Source: a bacterium
GTDB taxonomy: Bacteria > Bdellovibrionota_C > UBA2361 > RFPC01
Length of the DNA: 64,000 bases
Reading direction: 5' to 3'
Assembly: GCA_030428205.1 (NCBI GenBank)
Contig: JAUIBK010000001.1
Span: 199,966-263,965, forward strand
Of the stretch, positions 43,017 through 52,883 are shown one piece after another (position 1 is the first letter of the stretch; every line of letters starts with the position of its first letter). Below the pieces are notes generated by a model. It saw only the letters and a list, made by a program, of their open reading frames with translations, made no database searches and was not told where the DNA came from. Both the position numbers and the translations under genes were made by a program.

Positions 43017-43784
43017 ATGGGTATGTTTGAAGGAAAGAAGATTCTTATTTTGGGCGTTGCCAATAAGAAGAGTATCGCTTGGGCAGTGGCTCAGGCGCTC
43101 AAAAATGAGGGTGCTACCCTTGCCATGACTTACATGAACGAGGCCATCGAGAAGAGACTCCGCCCGTTAGCAGAAGAGCTCGGTGTGACCGATGTGTTGC
43201 CGTGTGATGTTCAATCTGATGAAGAGATTGATAACCTCTTTACTGAGCTTGAGAGCCGTTGGGGGACAATGGACGGATTGGTTCACTCAGTAGCCTTTGC
43301 CGATAAAGATGATCTTGCAAAGCCTTTCTCCGAAGCTTCACGTGAAGGATTTAAACTTGCTCTTGATATCTCTGCGTACTCGTTTGTGGCACTTGCTGGG
43401 AGAGCCAAGAAGCTTATGAAAGATGGTGGCTCTATGGTCACGATGTCTTATCTCGGAGCTGAGAGAGCTGTTGATAACTATAATGTGATGGGTGTGGCAA
43501 AGGCTGCCCTTGAGTCAAGTGTGCGCTACTTGGCCGCCGATCTCGGTTCTCAAAACATCCGTGTGAATGCTGTTTCTGCTGGGCCTATTAAAACACTTGC
43601 TGCCTCTGGTATTCCTCAATTTAAGCAGCTCCTCGCTAACTTTGCTGCGAAAGCACCCCTTCAACGAAATACCGAGGCAGAAGACGTTGCTGGAGCAACT
43701 CTCTTTCTCTTGAGTTCTCTTGGCTCTGGTGTGACTGGAGAAACAACGTACGTTGACTGTGGCTTTAACATTATGGGCGTGTAG
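43017..43784 (+). CDS. fabI: enoyl-[acyl-carrier-protein] reductase (NADH), FabI
   Basis: SDR fold with FabI motifs (ILILGVANKKSIAWAVAQ..., Y-x6-K in SYLGAERAVDNYNVMGVAKAALE). Confidence 0.9.
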   Translation: MGMFEGKKILILGVANKKSIAWAVAQALKNEGATLAMTYMNEAIEKRLRPLAEELGVTDVLPCDVQSDEEIDNLFTELESRWGTMDGLVHSVAFADKDDLAKPFSEASREGFKLALDISAYSFVALAGRAKKLMKDGGSMVTMSYLGAERAVDNYNVMGVAKAALESSVRYLAADLGSQNIRVNAVSAGPIKTLAASGIPQFKQLLANFAAKAPLQRNTEAEDVAGATLFLLSSLGSGVTGETTYVDCGFNIMGV

Positions 43785-44144
43785 ATGTCTTCTCGTGTTG
43801 GGATAGGTGATCTCATAGAGCTTGCTGAGATAGCCCTTGCTGAAGGTGCTGATATCGATGAGCTTATCTCGCACATTGAGGCCTATTCAGCTGCCTTTCA
43901 CCCTTGGTACGAAGAGCATAAAGAGACTTTTGAGCAGGGAACAGAGAGTAGTGGGCCCGTCGTTGATCGTGATGACCTCGAGCGCTTACTCAAACTCCAC
44001 ACCGAAGTTCTTGGCAAAGCCGAATTACTTCAACAAGGCACCTCAAACGATTTAATGGCTCTTCGAGGACGTCGAAAGGGAATGATGGCCTACATCGATA
44101 TTCTACCAAAGCGATTGAGCACGAGGAGAACGAGAAAGGGATAG
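43785..44144 (+). CDS. hypothetical protein (119 aa), translationally coupled to fabI
   Basis: ATG immediately follows the fabI stop. Good coding character. No recognisable domain. Confidence 0.5.
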   Translation: MSSRVGIGDLIELAEIALAEGADIDELISHIEAYSAAFHPWYEEHKETFEQGTESSGPVVDRDDLERLLKLHTEVLGKAELLQQGTSNDLMALRGRRKGMMAYIDILPKRLSTRRTRKG

Positions 44145-44147
44145 CGC

Positions 44148-44789
44148 ATGATGAGATTCCTCGGTAATCTTTTACTACCCATTTTCGGAGAAATTTATAT
44201 GGCGTTTCGATTGTTTCTAATTCTCAGTCTTACTCTTTATGTTACTGGCTGCGGCTATGGTTTTCGTGGGAGTGAGAGTGCGTTGCCACCTGACGTGACA
44301 AAAGTATACGTCTCTAAAGCACAAAACAATACGGCCCAAGCTGGTGTAGATAGGCTTGTAACCGAAGCTCTTCGTGACGAATTTGAACGGTACGGAACAC
44401 TCACTGTTGTTGAAAGCCGAAGTGAGGCGGATGCTGAGCTCCGTTCAAAAATTGTGACTATTAAGCGAGAAACACGAACGGTAACATCCGGTACAGATAC
44501 CGCGCTTCAGCTTGCGACGGTAATGACGGTTGCAGCTGACCTGCGACGTACAACGGGTCCTCTCCTCTGGAAAAATGAGAACATGGAGGTGATGAAAATT
44601 TTTGGGGCTGAGAGTGGAGTGGTTGTAACTTCTTCTCCTGAATTTGCTTCTGGAAATCTTGGCTCTTCGGATCTTGCTAACTTGGACTCTGTAGAGGTGA
44701 CTCGCGGACAAGAAAAGCAGGCTCTTGAAGATTTATCAGAAATTCTTGCACAGCGGGTATATGCCGCTGCGGTATTGCCAGAATTCTAG
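44148..44789 (+). CDS. lipoprotein, possibly LptE-like (LPS-assembly lipoprotein)
   Basis: Lipobox LYVTGC followed by GYGFRG...LPPDV..VYV, which resembles the LptE N-terminus (CGFHLRG). The mature signal probably starts at the ATG at 44199. Confidence 0.4.
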   Translation: MMRFLGNLLLPIFGEIYMAFRLFLILSLTLYVTGCGYGFRGSESALPPDVTKVYVSKAQNNTAQAGVDRLVTEALRDEFERYGTLTVVESRSEADAELRSKIVTIKRETRTVTSGTDTALQLATVMTVAADLRRTTGPLLWKNENMEVMKIFGAESGVVVTSSPEFASGNLGSSDLANLDSVEVTRGQEKQALEDLSEILAQRVYAAAVLPEF

Positions 44790-44801
44790 TTTTCCTTCCC
44801 T

Positions 44802-46361
44802 GTGAGTATTAATTATCTCCTTCTTTGGTTCGTTGGAATCTCAGCGGCCTCAACGGCTGTTCGTTCGTTCACCCAACCTGAGAAAGTTACTCGTGGTTGG
44901 CGCCTCTTGGCGTTTTGTACCCTCGTCCTCCTTGCGCTTTCTACTTCCCTTTTCTTTTCTATTGCGGGTTATGTTGTTGCAGTCTTTTGGGGGAGCTTTG
45001 TTTTTCTCCCACGGTGGTGTGTCGCTCTCTTGCAACACTTCTTACAACAAGGAAAGCTTGTACGCGCGAAAGAGCTGGCGCAGTTTGCAGCATTTCTGTC
45101 GGGAAGCTCGCACTGGAATGAGCTTTCTCAAATACTGCAAGCAGGGGAGGGCGAGCATAGCAAACTTCTAGCAAGGTTTTCTCTACCAAAATCTTCACTT
45201 GCTCGAAGTGCACTCCTCTCAACCTTTACAAGTCGTGGTGACTGGCAAGGGCTTACTCTTTGGCTGGAGAAGGTATGTTCGAGACAACAACTGACCCACG
45301 ATGCTCTCCTTCTTTCTATGTACATTCGTGCGCTCGCAGAACAGGGAAGGTTTGAAGAGGGGATCTTACTCTTTGAACAGAATATACAAACTCTCCTTTC
45401 TTCTCCTGATCTGGAGTATCTCTATCATACGTTGCTCTCTCTTTTTGCTTTTTGTGGGCAAGAAGACGGTGTGCAAGCACTGCTCACACACCCACTCAAA
45501 GATTTATCTCTAGAGGTCAAACAACTTTGGATTGCTACCACCAAGCTCGTTGCCGATGAGCAGTTTTCTGCAAATGATGTCCTGGTGAAACTGACGCATT
45601 CAAAGCACAAAGGGATTGCCACGGTGGCCGATGAGCGACTTTCTGCGCGAGTACCTCGTGTCTTGTCTTCGTTCGAACGAGGAACACTCGACCGTGTTGC
45701 TCGTCTCAAGCATTTCTTAGCGGACCTTATCAAAGCGCAAGCCCAAGAAATTGATGAGCACTCACCGCGTGGGGTAACGATTCTTATCGGACTCACGTGC
45801 TTAGCCTACATAGCACAAGAAGCACTTGCTGTGTGGCTGGGAGATAGAGTCCCTTATCAATTGGCTGCGCTTGTTCCCATTCTTGTAACGGAATATGGAG
45901 AGTGGTGGAGAGTGGTGACTTGCCTCTTTCTGCACGGCGGCCTTCTTCACCTTGGTATGAATATGCTTGGCCTTTGGATCCTTGGTCCCTTTGTTGAGCA
46001 GATGTTTGGTACCGTTCGATTTATAGGAGCGTATCTTTTATTTGGGTTAGGAGCCTCGCTCTTTGTCGTCCTTTTAACTGAACTAGGCTGGTTACAAGAT
46101 GCTTATCTGATAGGGGCCTCAGGGGCGGTGTTAGGGCTTATTGGAGCAACTGCTGCAATCTTGCTCCGTGCTAGTCTGAATAAAAATGCAGCTGCAAAAG
46201 AACAACTTCGATCCATTGTCTTTATCCTGGCGCTTCAAGCTGCGTTTGATCTTACAACTCCACAGGTGAGCTTCCAGGCTCATTTAGGGGGTGTTTTGAG
46301 TGGTTTTCTTGTGACTTGGTTAGTAACGACTAAGCAGAAAGCGAGTTTACAAGCTTCTTAA
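44802..46361 (+). CDS. rhomboid-family intramembrane serine protease with N-terminal TM helices and a TPR-like region
   Basis: C-terminal rhomboid core WWRVVTCLFLHGGLLHLGMNMLGLW...GASGAVLGL...HLGGVLSGF, giving the GxSG Ser and the His dyad. Confidence 0.8.
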   Translation: MSINYLLLWFVGISAASTAVRSFTQPEKVTRGWRLLAFCTLVLLALSTSLFFSIAGYVVAVFWGSFVFLPRWCVALLQHFLQQGKLVRAKELAQFAAFLSGSSHWNELSQILQAGEGEHSKLLARFSLPKSSLARSALLSTFTSRGDWQGLTLWLEKVCSRQQLTHDALLLSMYIRALAEQGRFEEGILLFEQNIQTLLSSPDLEYLYHTLLSLFAFCGQEDGVQALLTHPLKDLSLEVKQLWIATTKLVADEQFSANDVLVKLTHSKHKGIATVADERLSARVPRVLSSFERGTLDRVARLKHFLADLIKAQAQEIDEHSPRGVTILIGLTCLAYIAQEALAVWLGDRVPYQLAALVPILVTEYGEWWRVVTCLFLHGGLLHLGMNMLGLWILGPFVEQMFGTVRFIGAYLLFGLGASLFVVLLTELGWLQDAYLIGASGAVLGLIGATAAILLRASLNKNAAAKEQLRSIVFILALQAAFDLTTPQVSFQAHLGGVLSGFLVTWLVTTKQKASLQAS

Positions 46362-46596
46362 GACGTCCAACTTTACGGCTAGCACACTTTGCGTGATACA
46401 GCCCGTGTGAAGCAGCTTGTTGAATCTTCTTTTCTGCAGCTTGAAAGAGCTGACCTGCTTGGTCTTGCTCTCCAGCAGCAACAGCTTCGCGAGTTTTCTT
46501 AATAGCGGTACGTACAGAAGAGCGGTACTGAGAGTTACGGACACGGATTTTTTCGTTTTGTCGGATTCGCTTCTTTGCTGACTTGTGATTTGCCAT
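46330..46596 (-). CDS. rpsT: 30S ribosomal protein S20
   Basis: MANHKSAKKRIRQNEKIRVRNSQYRSSVRTAIKK... canonical S20. Overlaps the rhomboid gene 3' end convergently. Confidence 0.93.
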   Translation of the reverse strand: MANHKSAKKRIRQNEKIRVRNSQYRSSVRTAIKKTREAVAAGEQDQAGQLFQAAEKKIQQAASHGLYHAKCASRKVGRLKKLVNSLSA

Positions 46597-47062
46597 AGTA
46601 TTCTTTCGAGTTCTTCGTTTACGTCTTAAAAATCGACTAGTTTTAGTGCCAACGCGGCTAAGGCAGGTAAACTATCAGGATTAAGAGGGTTTTTCAAGTT
46701 TATCGCTCTGATTTTTTCCGTGGGCTAGCTCGATAACCATTTGAAATGATGGAAAAAAGTAGATCGAAAGGTGTCTCTTACTACGAAATTTGGGTGATGA
46801 ATCGTCGCTCTTGTTTGGTCTAAACCATAGAGACACAGGGTTGGGGAGCATTTTCATGCGATGTTCTGTGGTCGTACCACAGCGAGAAAGGATCTAACCG
46901 CAAAGGCGCTAAGACGCAAAGGAAGGTTTTGGTCTAGGGTTCTTCGTGCCTTTGCGTCTTTGCGGTTTAATGAAACAAGCCCTCGATACAGCCCCAAAAA
47001 CTTCCTGCGGCTTTATGGTGAGACCCAAAAGTACCGAGGCTGATGATTAGGGGTGGAAGGGG

Positions 47063-47584
47063 CTACTTCTTCTCGCTTCCTACAATGGGAAAGTGGTCAT
47101 CATCCCACGCTCTTGTAGCACCCATTTGCCCCTGATAATGCCCTTTATCGCCTTCTCCATAAGCAACGTCAGGAGCCGATTCCATGCCCATAAAGACGAG
47201 CTGGGCTGTGCGCATACCGGCGTGCAGTTTTCGCGGGTAGGGGCCGAGGTTTTGGAGTTCTAAGGTTACTTGTCCTTGGAAGTTACAATCGATCCAGCCG
47301 CTTAGACTGTGGTTGAGCCAAAGTCGGCCGAGAGAGCTTTTGAGCTTAAGATCGCACACCACGTCACGTGGGAGGTGAATGTATTCGGCAGTAGTCGCCA
47401 GTATCACTTCGCCAGGAAAGAGGGTAAAGCTTTCAGCTTTGGTTTCTTCTGGGTCACGAGTAGGGCAAATCCAGTGATCCCCTAACGTTACGTCATAGCT
47501 TGCAGGGTTAACTTGCTCTGGAGTAAAGGGGCGGATGCCTCCTCCTTCTCCAAATTTGCGAATCCAGTGGTCGGGCTTAATCAT
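47063..47584 (-). CDS. dcd: dCTP deaminase
   Basis: MIKPDHWIRKF...VTLGDHW...GWIDCNFQGQVTLELQN resembles Dcd. Start placed at the ATG aligning with Dcd N-termini. Confidence 0.8.
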   Translation of the reverse strand: MIKPDHWIRKFGEGGGIRPFTPEQVNPASYDVTLGDHWICPTRDPEETKAESFTLFPGEVILATTAEYIHLPRDVVCDLKLKSSLGRLWLNHSLSGWIDCNFQGQVTLELQNLGPYPRKLHAGMRTAQLVFMGMESAPDVAYGEGDKGHYQGQMGATRAWDDDHFPIVGSEKK

Positions 47585-47662
47585 AATCTCTGTCCTGTAT
47601 ACCTCGATAGAAGTATCATCGTTACTACTTGAAATCAATCAAACAGTCATTGGGAGTACGGT

Positions 47663-49144
47663 GTGAACGAAGCGAATGTTTTCCGCTCAATTTTTTTAAT
47701 CGAAGACGATCCAGGGCATGCGCTTCTTATCAAACGTGCGCTTAAAGGCCTCTCTCAAAATGTATTGCACGCTGAAACTCTTCAACAGGCATACCAGTTC
47801 GCTGAGAAAGAGACGTTCGATCTGATTATCTCAGACTTGAACTTGCCAGACTCCACTGGCGTTGAGCATGTAGGAAAGCTATGTGAACAGTGCCCAGATA
47901 TTCCCTTGGTAGTTCTCACATCATCAACGCATTTGGCAGACGCTGTTGAGGCGATGAAGCTTGGTGCCCGTGACTACATTATTAAAGACTTTGATACGAA
48001 CTTTCGAGAGGTGCTCTCTCTGTCGCTTACGAGAGTGTATGCTGCTCGTGAGTTAGAACGCGAAAAGCAGAAGCTTCTTATGGCGGTTGAGCGCAGTGAA
48101 GATGGGCTTGCTGTTGTTCGCTTTAACGGAGTTGTTCCATATTGTAATACCGCCTTTCAAGAATTAGTACGACTCTGTGGGGGGAAAGAGGGAGAGTTCT
48201 TTTCTCTGTTCACTGATCGGGTTGAGAGAGGTAGCTCGTTAAAACAAACAGTAGAGAAAGCGCTTGGGGAGCTCTCTGATGGAGCCGTGTTTAACACAGA
48301 GCTTGCTTTGCTTGAGCCTAAGGAGCGTTCCTTTGAGGTGCGGCTCTCAGGCATTGGTTCTCAAGCCGAAGGTGAACGTGAGTGTGTTGTTTGGGTCCGT
48401 GAGATTACCGACAGTAAGCGACGTGAAAAATTCCAAAGAGAGATTCTTTCTACTACTACACACGATCTCAAAGGCCCCATGGGTGCTATTATTACAGGGA
48501 GTGAGCTTCTCGGTGAAATGCTCCCTCAAGGAGAGAGGCCTCATGAGATAGCTCTCCGCATGAGTTCAGCTGCGCACGGGGTAGTCAATCTGATAGATGA
48601 ATTCTTAAGCGTGCGCCGTATTGAAGAGGGTACACTCATACTTCGCCCCAACACATACGCCGCACAGGATCTTCTCAATAGTGTCGAGGGGAATTTTAGT
48701 ACTATTGCGCAGTCTCGCTCCATTGAGCTCTCTTTTTACTCCGATGATGGTGTCGAGCTTCAAGTTGATAAACTCTCTTTTGAGCGGGTACTTGGAAACC
48801 TGTTAACCAATGCGCTCAAGTTCACGCCAAAGGAAGGTCAAGTAAGTGTACGAATTTGGGATAGTGGGGAAGATGTACACGTTTCAGTTTCTGATACCGG
48901 ATCTGGTATGAGTCCCGAGGAGGTAAAAAAGGTTTTTGATCGTTTTTCACGTCTCGAGAAGCACGATGCTATCTCAGGAACAGGTCTTGGGCTGTTTGTG
49001 GTGAAAAGTCTCGTCTCTGCACATGGCGGAAGGGTGTCTCTCAGAAGCAAGGTCGGGGAAGGGTCCACCTTTGAGCTCTCTTTTCCCTATACCCCACCAG
49101 TGAACGAGAGAGGGGAGCTTATCTCTCTTGAGCAAGTGACATAG
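47663..49144 (+). CDS. hybrid sensor histidine kinase: N-terminal receiver, PAS-like, HisKA, HATPase_c
   Basis: Receiver LIEDDPGHALLIKRALK...DLIISDLNLPD. H-box TTTHDLKGPM. G-box GTGLGLFVVKSLVSAHGGRV. GTG start. Confidence 0.85.
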   Translation: MNEANVFRSIFLIEDDPGHALLIKRALKGLSQNVLHAETLQQAYQFAEKETFDLIISDLNLPDSTGVEHVGKLCEQCPDIPLVVLTSSTHLADAVEAMKLGARDYIIKDFDTNFREVLSLSLTRVYAARELEREKQKLLMAVERSEDGLAVVRFNGVVPYCNTAFQELVRLCGGKEGEFFSLFTDRVERGSSLKQTVEKALGELSDGAVFNTELALLEPKERSFEVRLSGIGSQAEGERECVVWVREITDSKRREKFQREILSTTTHDLKGPMGAIITGSELLGEMLPQGERPHEIALRMSSAAHGVVNLIDEFLSVRRIEEGTLILRPNTYAAQDLLNSVEGNFSTIAQSRSIELSFYSDDGVELQVDKLSFERVLGNLLTNALKFTPKEGQVSVRIWDSGEDVHVSVSDTGSGMSPEEVKKVFDRFSRLEKHDAISGTGLGLFVVKSLVSAHGGRVSLRSKVGEGSTFELSFPYTPPVNERGELISLEQVT

Positions 49145-49226
49145 TAGAACAGCGGTTTGCAATCTTACTTACTTGTTTTCGGTGTGAGTTTTTGGGACTA
49201 TTTCGACCGTAGTTCTCATATAAGGA

Positions 49227-49655
49227 ATGGTAGACGTTATGCGATATCTCATCTCTCTTTTGATTGCGTTGACTATTACGAGTTGTGCCCCACGTGGTGA
49301 GACAAAAACTCTCGACCAGATACTCGATAATGCTCGTGTGAGATACCAAGAGGCGTTTGATGCAGGAGTGCAAGGGGAAGGAGATCTACAGACCCAACTT
49401 GCATCACTTTCAAGCTCTCTTGAAAAGCTTCTTTCTGCTAGTGATGCTGCGCAGGCACAAGAGGTTGAGGATACCCTCCGAGAACTAATCTTACACGCTG
49501 GCTTTACTACTCGTCCTGCAATGAATGAGCTCTCGTCTCAATATGCGCTGCTGGCCGAGGAGTCCGAAGTAGCACCTGAACGTAAGAAGCTTCTTGTGAG
49601 CCGAACGTACCGTATGTTGGCAAGAGAGCTAGAAACGACTCGTTTCCGTCTTTAA
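49227..49655 (+). CDS. hypothetical lipoprotein
   Basis: MRYLISLLIALTITSC lipobox. No other recognisable domain. Confidence 0.55.
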   Translation: MVDVMRYLISLLIALTITSCAPRGETKTLDQILDNARVRYQEAFDAGVQGEGDLQTQLASLSSSLEKLLSASDAAQAQEVEDTLRELILHAGFTTRPAMNELSSQYALLAEESEVAPERKKLLVSRTYRMLARELETTRFRL

Positions 49656-50344
49656 GAATTAAGTTTTCTGTTTAACCGCGGAATATCTAGCGCGTTAGCG
49701 AAATCTAATATTTTGGTGAGCTTTGCACACTCACGAGAAAAGAGAGAAAGAGTCGTCGACCTTTCAAGTCGTTGATGAATAAGACATCCACCATCTTTTA
49801 AGTAATAGAGCGTTGTTGCTTTGTCGTGAATATAAATCTCTTCATAAGAGGCGACCTGTGATTTGTTCGGTATGAGTAATTTTGTTGCCTGGAGTAGTCC
49901 GTACTCTGCAGCTGTCGAATAGCGAGGGTGTGGAATCACAACAGAAACTCCTACTGGGACAGGTAAGTTTCTCTCAAAGGTGGCTGTTACTTGTAGGTAC
50001 TCCTGTTCGTAGAGTGCCTCTAATGTTTCAGGTGAGTATTGCGTTAGGCTCTCCGAGAGCCATCCGATAACTCTTTCTCCGACCTTTTCCTTGTTATTTC
50101 CAAAAAGGCTACCGTAATTTGTCTGAGGATCAAAAAAGGAAGTTTTGTTTTTACTCTGAAGTTTTTGTGCTGCTTTGGTGACATCTGTAAGTTGGTCAGA
50201 ATTGAGGACTTTAAGGAGAGGATCGGCTGCAGAAGCAGAGGTCGCGTAAATCAATGGCGCGAGACAGATCAGACTGGTCGTCAACGCTGTTCTGAGTAAT
50301 AAAGCATACATAGTTACACCAAATCCCATGTGGGGAGAATCCAT
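49652..50344 (-). CDS. hypothetical secreted protein
   Basis: Signal-peptide-like MYALLLRTALTTSLICLAPLIYATSASA. No recognisable domain. Confidence 0.55.
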   Translation of the reverse strand: MDSPHMGFGVTMYALLLRTALTTSLICLAPLIYATSASAADPLLKVLNSDQLTDVTKAAQKLQSKNKTSFFDPQTNYGSLFGNNKEKVGERVIGWLSESLTQYSPETLEALYEQEYLQVTATFERNLPVPVGVSVVIPHPRYSTAAEYGLLQATKLLIPNKSQVASYEEIYIHDKATTLYYLKDGGCLIHQRLERSTTLSLFSRECAKLTKILDFANALDIPRLNRKLNS

Positions 50345-50416
50345 AGGTATTATGGCTGAGGATGAGAGGGATGTAACTTAAGACTCGTTATGACCAAGCA
50401 GTTTTTGGTCTGAGTA

Positions 50417-51166
50417 CTAGGCCGAAGCGCTATCTTCTTTCGGTGCTTCTTTCTTGGTTGATTTCGTCTTGAGACGTTTTCTCAAGCGACCAAGCCGAGT
50501 AGCAGGGCCCTTGCTCCGCTCAATGCAGAATCGCTCCATTGCCTCGATAAGCCCTTCATGGCCATCTTTGGCAAACGTTTTTGCCAGCTCAGCAGAGCCG
50601 CGAAAGGAACGCATAGCGCGTGGAACTTCACGTTTGGCGGTATCAAACTGTTTTGCTTGGCGCATGATAGTAGCTGCCTTATCAAGGCTAGCCATTAAGA
50701 TCGCAACAAGTGCTTCGTTTCGATCTTTGGCCTGTTTGACTGACTCAGCAATAGGCTCACCTTTCGTAGCGCCAATGATAGCAATATCAACACTATCTGT
50801 TGTAAATGGCTTAACGAGATATCCACGTGCGCCAAGAACAAGGAGATCGAAGACATCATCAATGTTTGGATCCGTTGAAGAAGGAATGAGAATGATATTT
50901 GGATCGAGCTCCATGACTTGGGTTACAAAGTCCTTGGGAGGCATGTTAGTTTTCTTTGCATCAAAGATAATATGCGTAATTGGTCGTTCTTGAATTCGCT
51001 CTAAGGCTGACATATGATTTGGTACGTCTGTCATCCCGCCAAAACCAAGCTGTTTGAGTGCTGTTCTCATGTTCTGGCGTTCATTGCGATCTGTCTCAAC
51101 AACGAGCACACTGGCATTGGCTCGTTCTTTCGGCGTTAAGGTGAGCCCATCATCAGTCTCGGACAT
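50417..51166 (-). CDS. response-regulator receiver domain protein with an uncharacterised C-terminal region
   Basis: VLVVETDRNERQNMRTALKQLGF...HIIFDAKKTNMP...LVKPF receiver pattern. Start placed at MSETDDG. Confidence 0.65.
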   Translation of the reverse strand: MSETDDGLTLTPKERANASVLVVETDRNERQNMRTALKQLGFGGMTDVPNHMSALERIQERPITHIIFDAKKTNMPPKDFVTQVMELDPNIILIPSSTDPNIDDVFDLLVLGARGYLVKPFTTDSVDIAIIGATKGEPIAESVKQAKDRNEALVAILMASLDKAATIMRQAKQFDTAKREVPRAMRSFRGSAELAKTFAKDGHEGLIEAMERFCIERSKGPATRLGRLRKRLKTKSTKKEAPKEDSASA

Positions 51167-51316
51167 ACTCGAATACCCCTGAAAAATTGTTCCTTGGCTT
51201 CCCGTAGGTACTAAGAGAAATACCCACAAATACAGGTATCGGCAGGTGATGGATATTCCTTTATTGCTCCAGATTAAGAAAACGAGAAAAGTTGGCTAGT
51301 GGCTGGAAAAAAAGCT

Positions 51317-52030
51317 TTAAGAGACTGCGTTCTCAGGGAAACCTGTAGTGATTTCAGGTTCATCAAGCAACGACAGGAGAGCTTGGCGCCTATGCTCGAG
51401 AGAGGGGCGAAATGAGCCCAGAGAGGCTCCATACTCCTTTCCATAGCCCTGTAGCTTTTGTAGGAGCTCGACACAGGCTTTTTGTTTGTATCCTGCCTCA
51501 GAGACGAGCCGTAGTGCTACGGCGTCAGCTGCTATCTCATGAGCAAGAAGCTGGTCTGGTGACTGTTCGTGAAAATGTGAGTGGCCAAGCATGCCGTGGG
51601 CGGCCTCATGAGCGAGCAGAAAAGCGAGTTCTGAGCTCGACTCAATCAGCCCCAGTATCCCCGAGGAGAAGGTCAGTTCTCCTTTCGAAGTCACAAAAGC
51701 GTGGGGCAGGGGGTTTGAAACGATCTGTATTTTCGGTGCGAATCCAAAAAAGGCAACAGTGTCATCGCCTGCGATGGTGTGAAGAATCTGGCGAGCAGCG
51801 AGAGACCACAAGGGTGCTTCAGCTGGGTGATCCGAATGAGCAAGTTCTCGGGCATAACCTACTCCTGTAATAGCAAATGCACCTGGAGCATACTCTTGTT
51901 CATTGAGAATTGATTGTGCGGTGGCAGATTGAGTAAGGCAGAGAAAAAAGAGCAGAGGGAGTAACGCAAGAAAGTATGAGGGGACCTGCCCCTGAGATGG
52001 CAACTTAGAGTAAGGAAAAGAAAACCTCAT
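51317..52030 (-). CDS. M48-family zinc metallopeptidase (secreted)
   Basis: HExxH motif in LLAHEAAHGMLGH and downstream AHEIAADAVALR. Signal peptide. Confidence 0.75.
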   Translation of the reverse strand: MRFSFPYSKLPSQGQVPSYFLALLPLLFFLCLTQSATAQSILNEQEYAPGAFAITGVGYARELAHSDHPAEAPLWSLAARQILHTIAGDDTVAFFGFAPKIQIVSNPLPHAFVTSKGELTFSSGILGLIESSSELAFLLAHEAAHGMLGHSHFHEQSPDQLLAHEIAADAVALRLVSEAGYKQKACVELLQKLQGYGKEYGASLGSFRPSLEHRRQALLSLLDEPEITTGFPENAVS

Positions 52031-52238
52031 ATGAAAACTACAAAAAACGATTATAAAACTCTTCTTTATTAAGAAGAAAATAATCTCTTATTCGATTCTA
52101 CCATTTTGTACCTGTCCTTTACAAAAAAGGTTAAGGTACATAAAGTCCTGTATAGTCATCGTCGATAATCACTCATTACTTGAATACCTGTTCACCGAAT
52201 CACTATTCGGTTTATGGAATAAGCGTTCGATAAGAATT

Positions 52239-52883
52239 ATGGGCAAACGGGAAACCCGCCAAAACATACGAAAAGATATGCGCCGCATCTTGTCGAATCT
52301 TGATGCGTCTTGGATTTCCAAAGCAAGCAGTCGGTTGTGTTCAAACCTCTCAGAGGTGATCGAGACAAAGCTTGATCGTAAGGTTCGTCGTCTTCTTGTG
52401 TGGACCTCATTTTTCCCCGGAGAGGTAGATCTTTCGCGTTTTATTAGCGAGCAACTTGAAGGGCGGCATGTATACCTCCCTCGATCTCTTCCGGACTGTA
52501 CCATGACGTATATTTCTCTCGGTTCGAACTGGTCTGACTCTATGCAGGCTGGGTATAAAGGGATTCTCGAGCCAGAGGATGACTCTGGTGATATTTATCG
52601 ACCAGAGAATGGTGTGGACGGGGATTCTTCTGATACAGTAGTGGTTGTTCCTGGATTAGCATTTGATGCTCTTGGAAACAGGCTCGGTCGTGGCAAGGGG
52701 TACTATGATCGTTTCCTAGGTAGATCTGATATGAAACACGCGCTTGCTATTGGAGTGTCTTGGAAGTTGCAACTTGTAGAACGAATTCCTGTTGAGTCAC
52801 ACGATATTCCCATGAAGTGGCTCTGTCACGAAGATGGGTACACCAAGACGGGGCTCGATTTTGATGAAGCTTTTTCCCTGTGA
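52239..52883 (+). CDS. 5-formyltetrahydrofolate cyclo-ligase
   Basis: Signature VVVVPGLAFDALGNRLGRGKGYYDRFL. Confidence 0.85.
   Translation: MGKRETRQNIRKDMRRILSNLDASWISKASSRLCSNLSEVIETKLDRKVRRLLVWTSFFPGEVDLSRFISEQLEGRHVYLPRSLPDCTMTYISLGSNWSDSMQAGYKGILEPEDDSGDIYRPENGVDGDSSDTVVVVPGLAFDALGNRLGRGKGYYDRFLGRSDMKHALAIGVSWKLQLVERIPVESHDIPMKWLCHEDGYTKTGLDFDEAFSL

Noticed and set aside
46861-47043. 60-aa ORF in the dcd-rpsT intergenic region
   Set aside because: It has no RBS, overlaps the structured inverted repeat, and has poor coding character.
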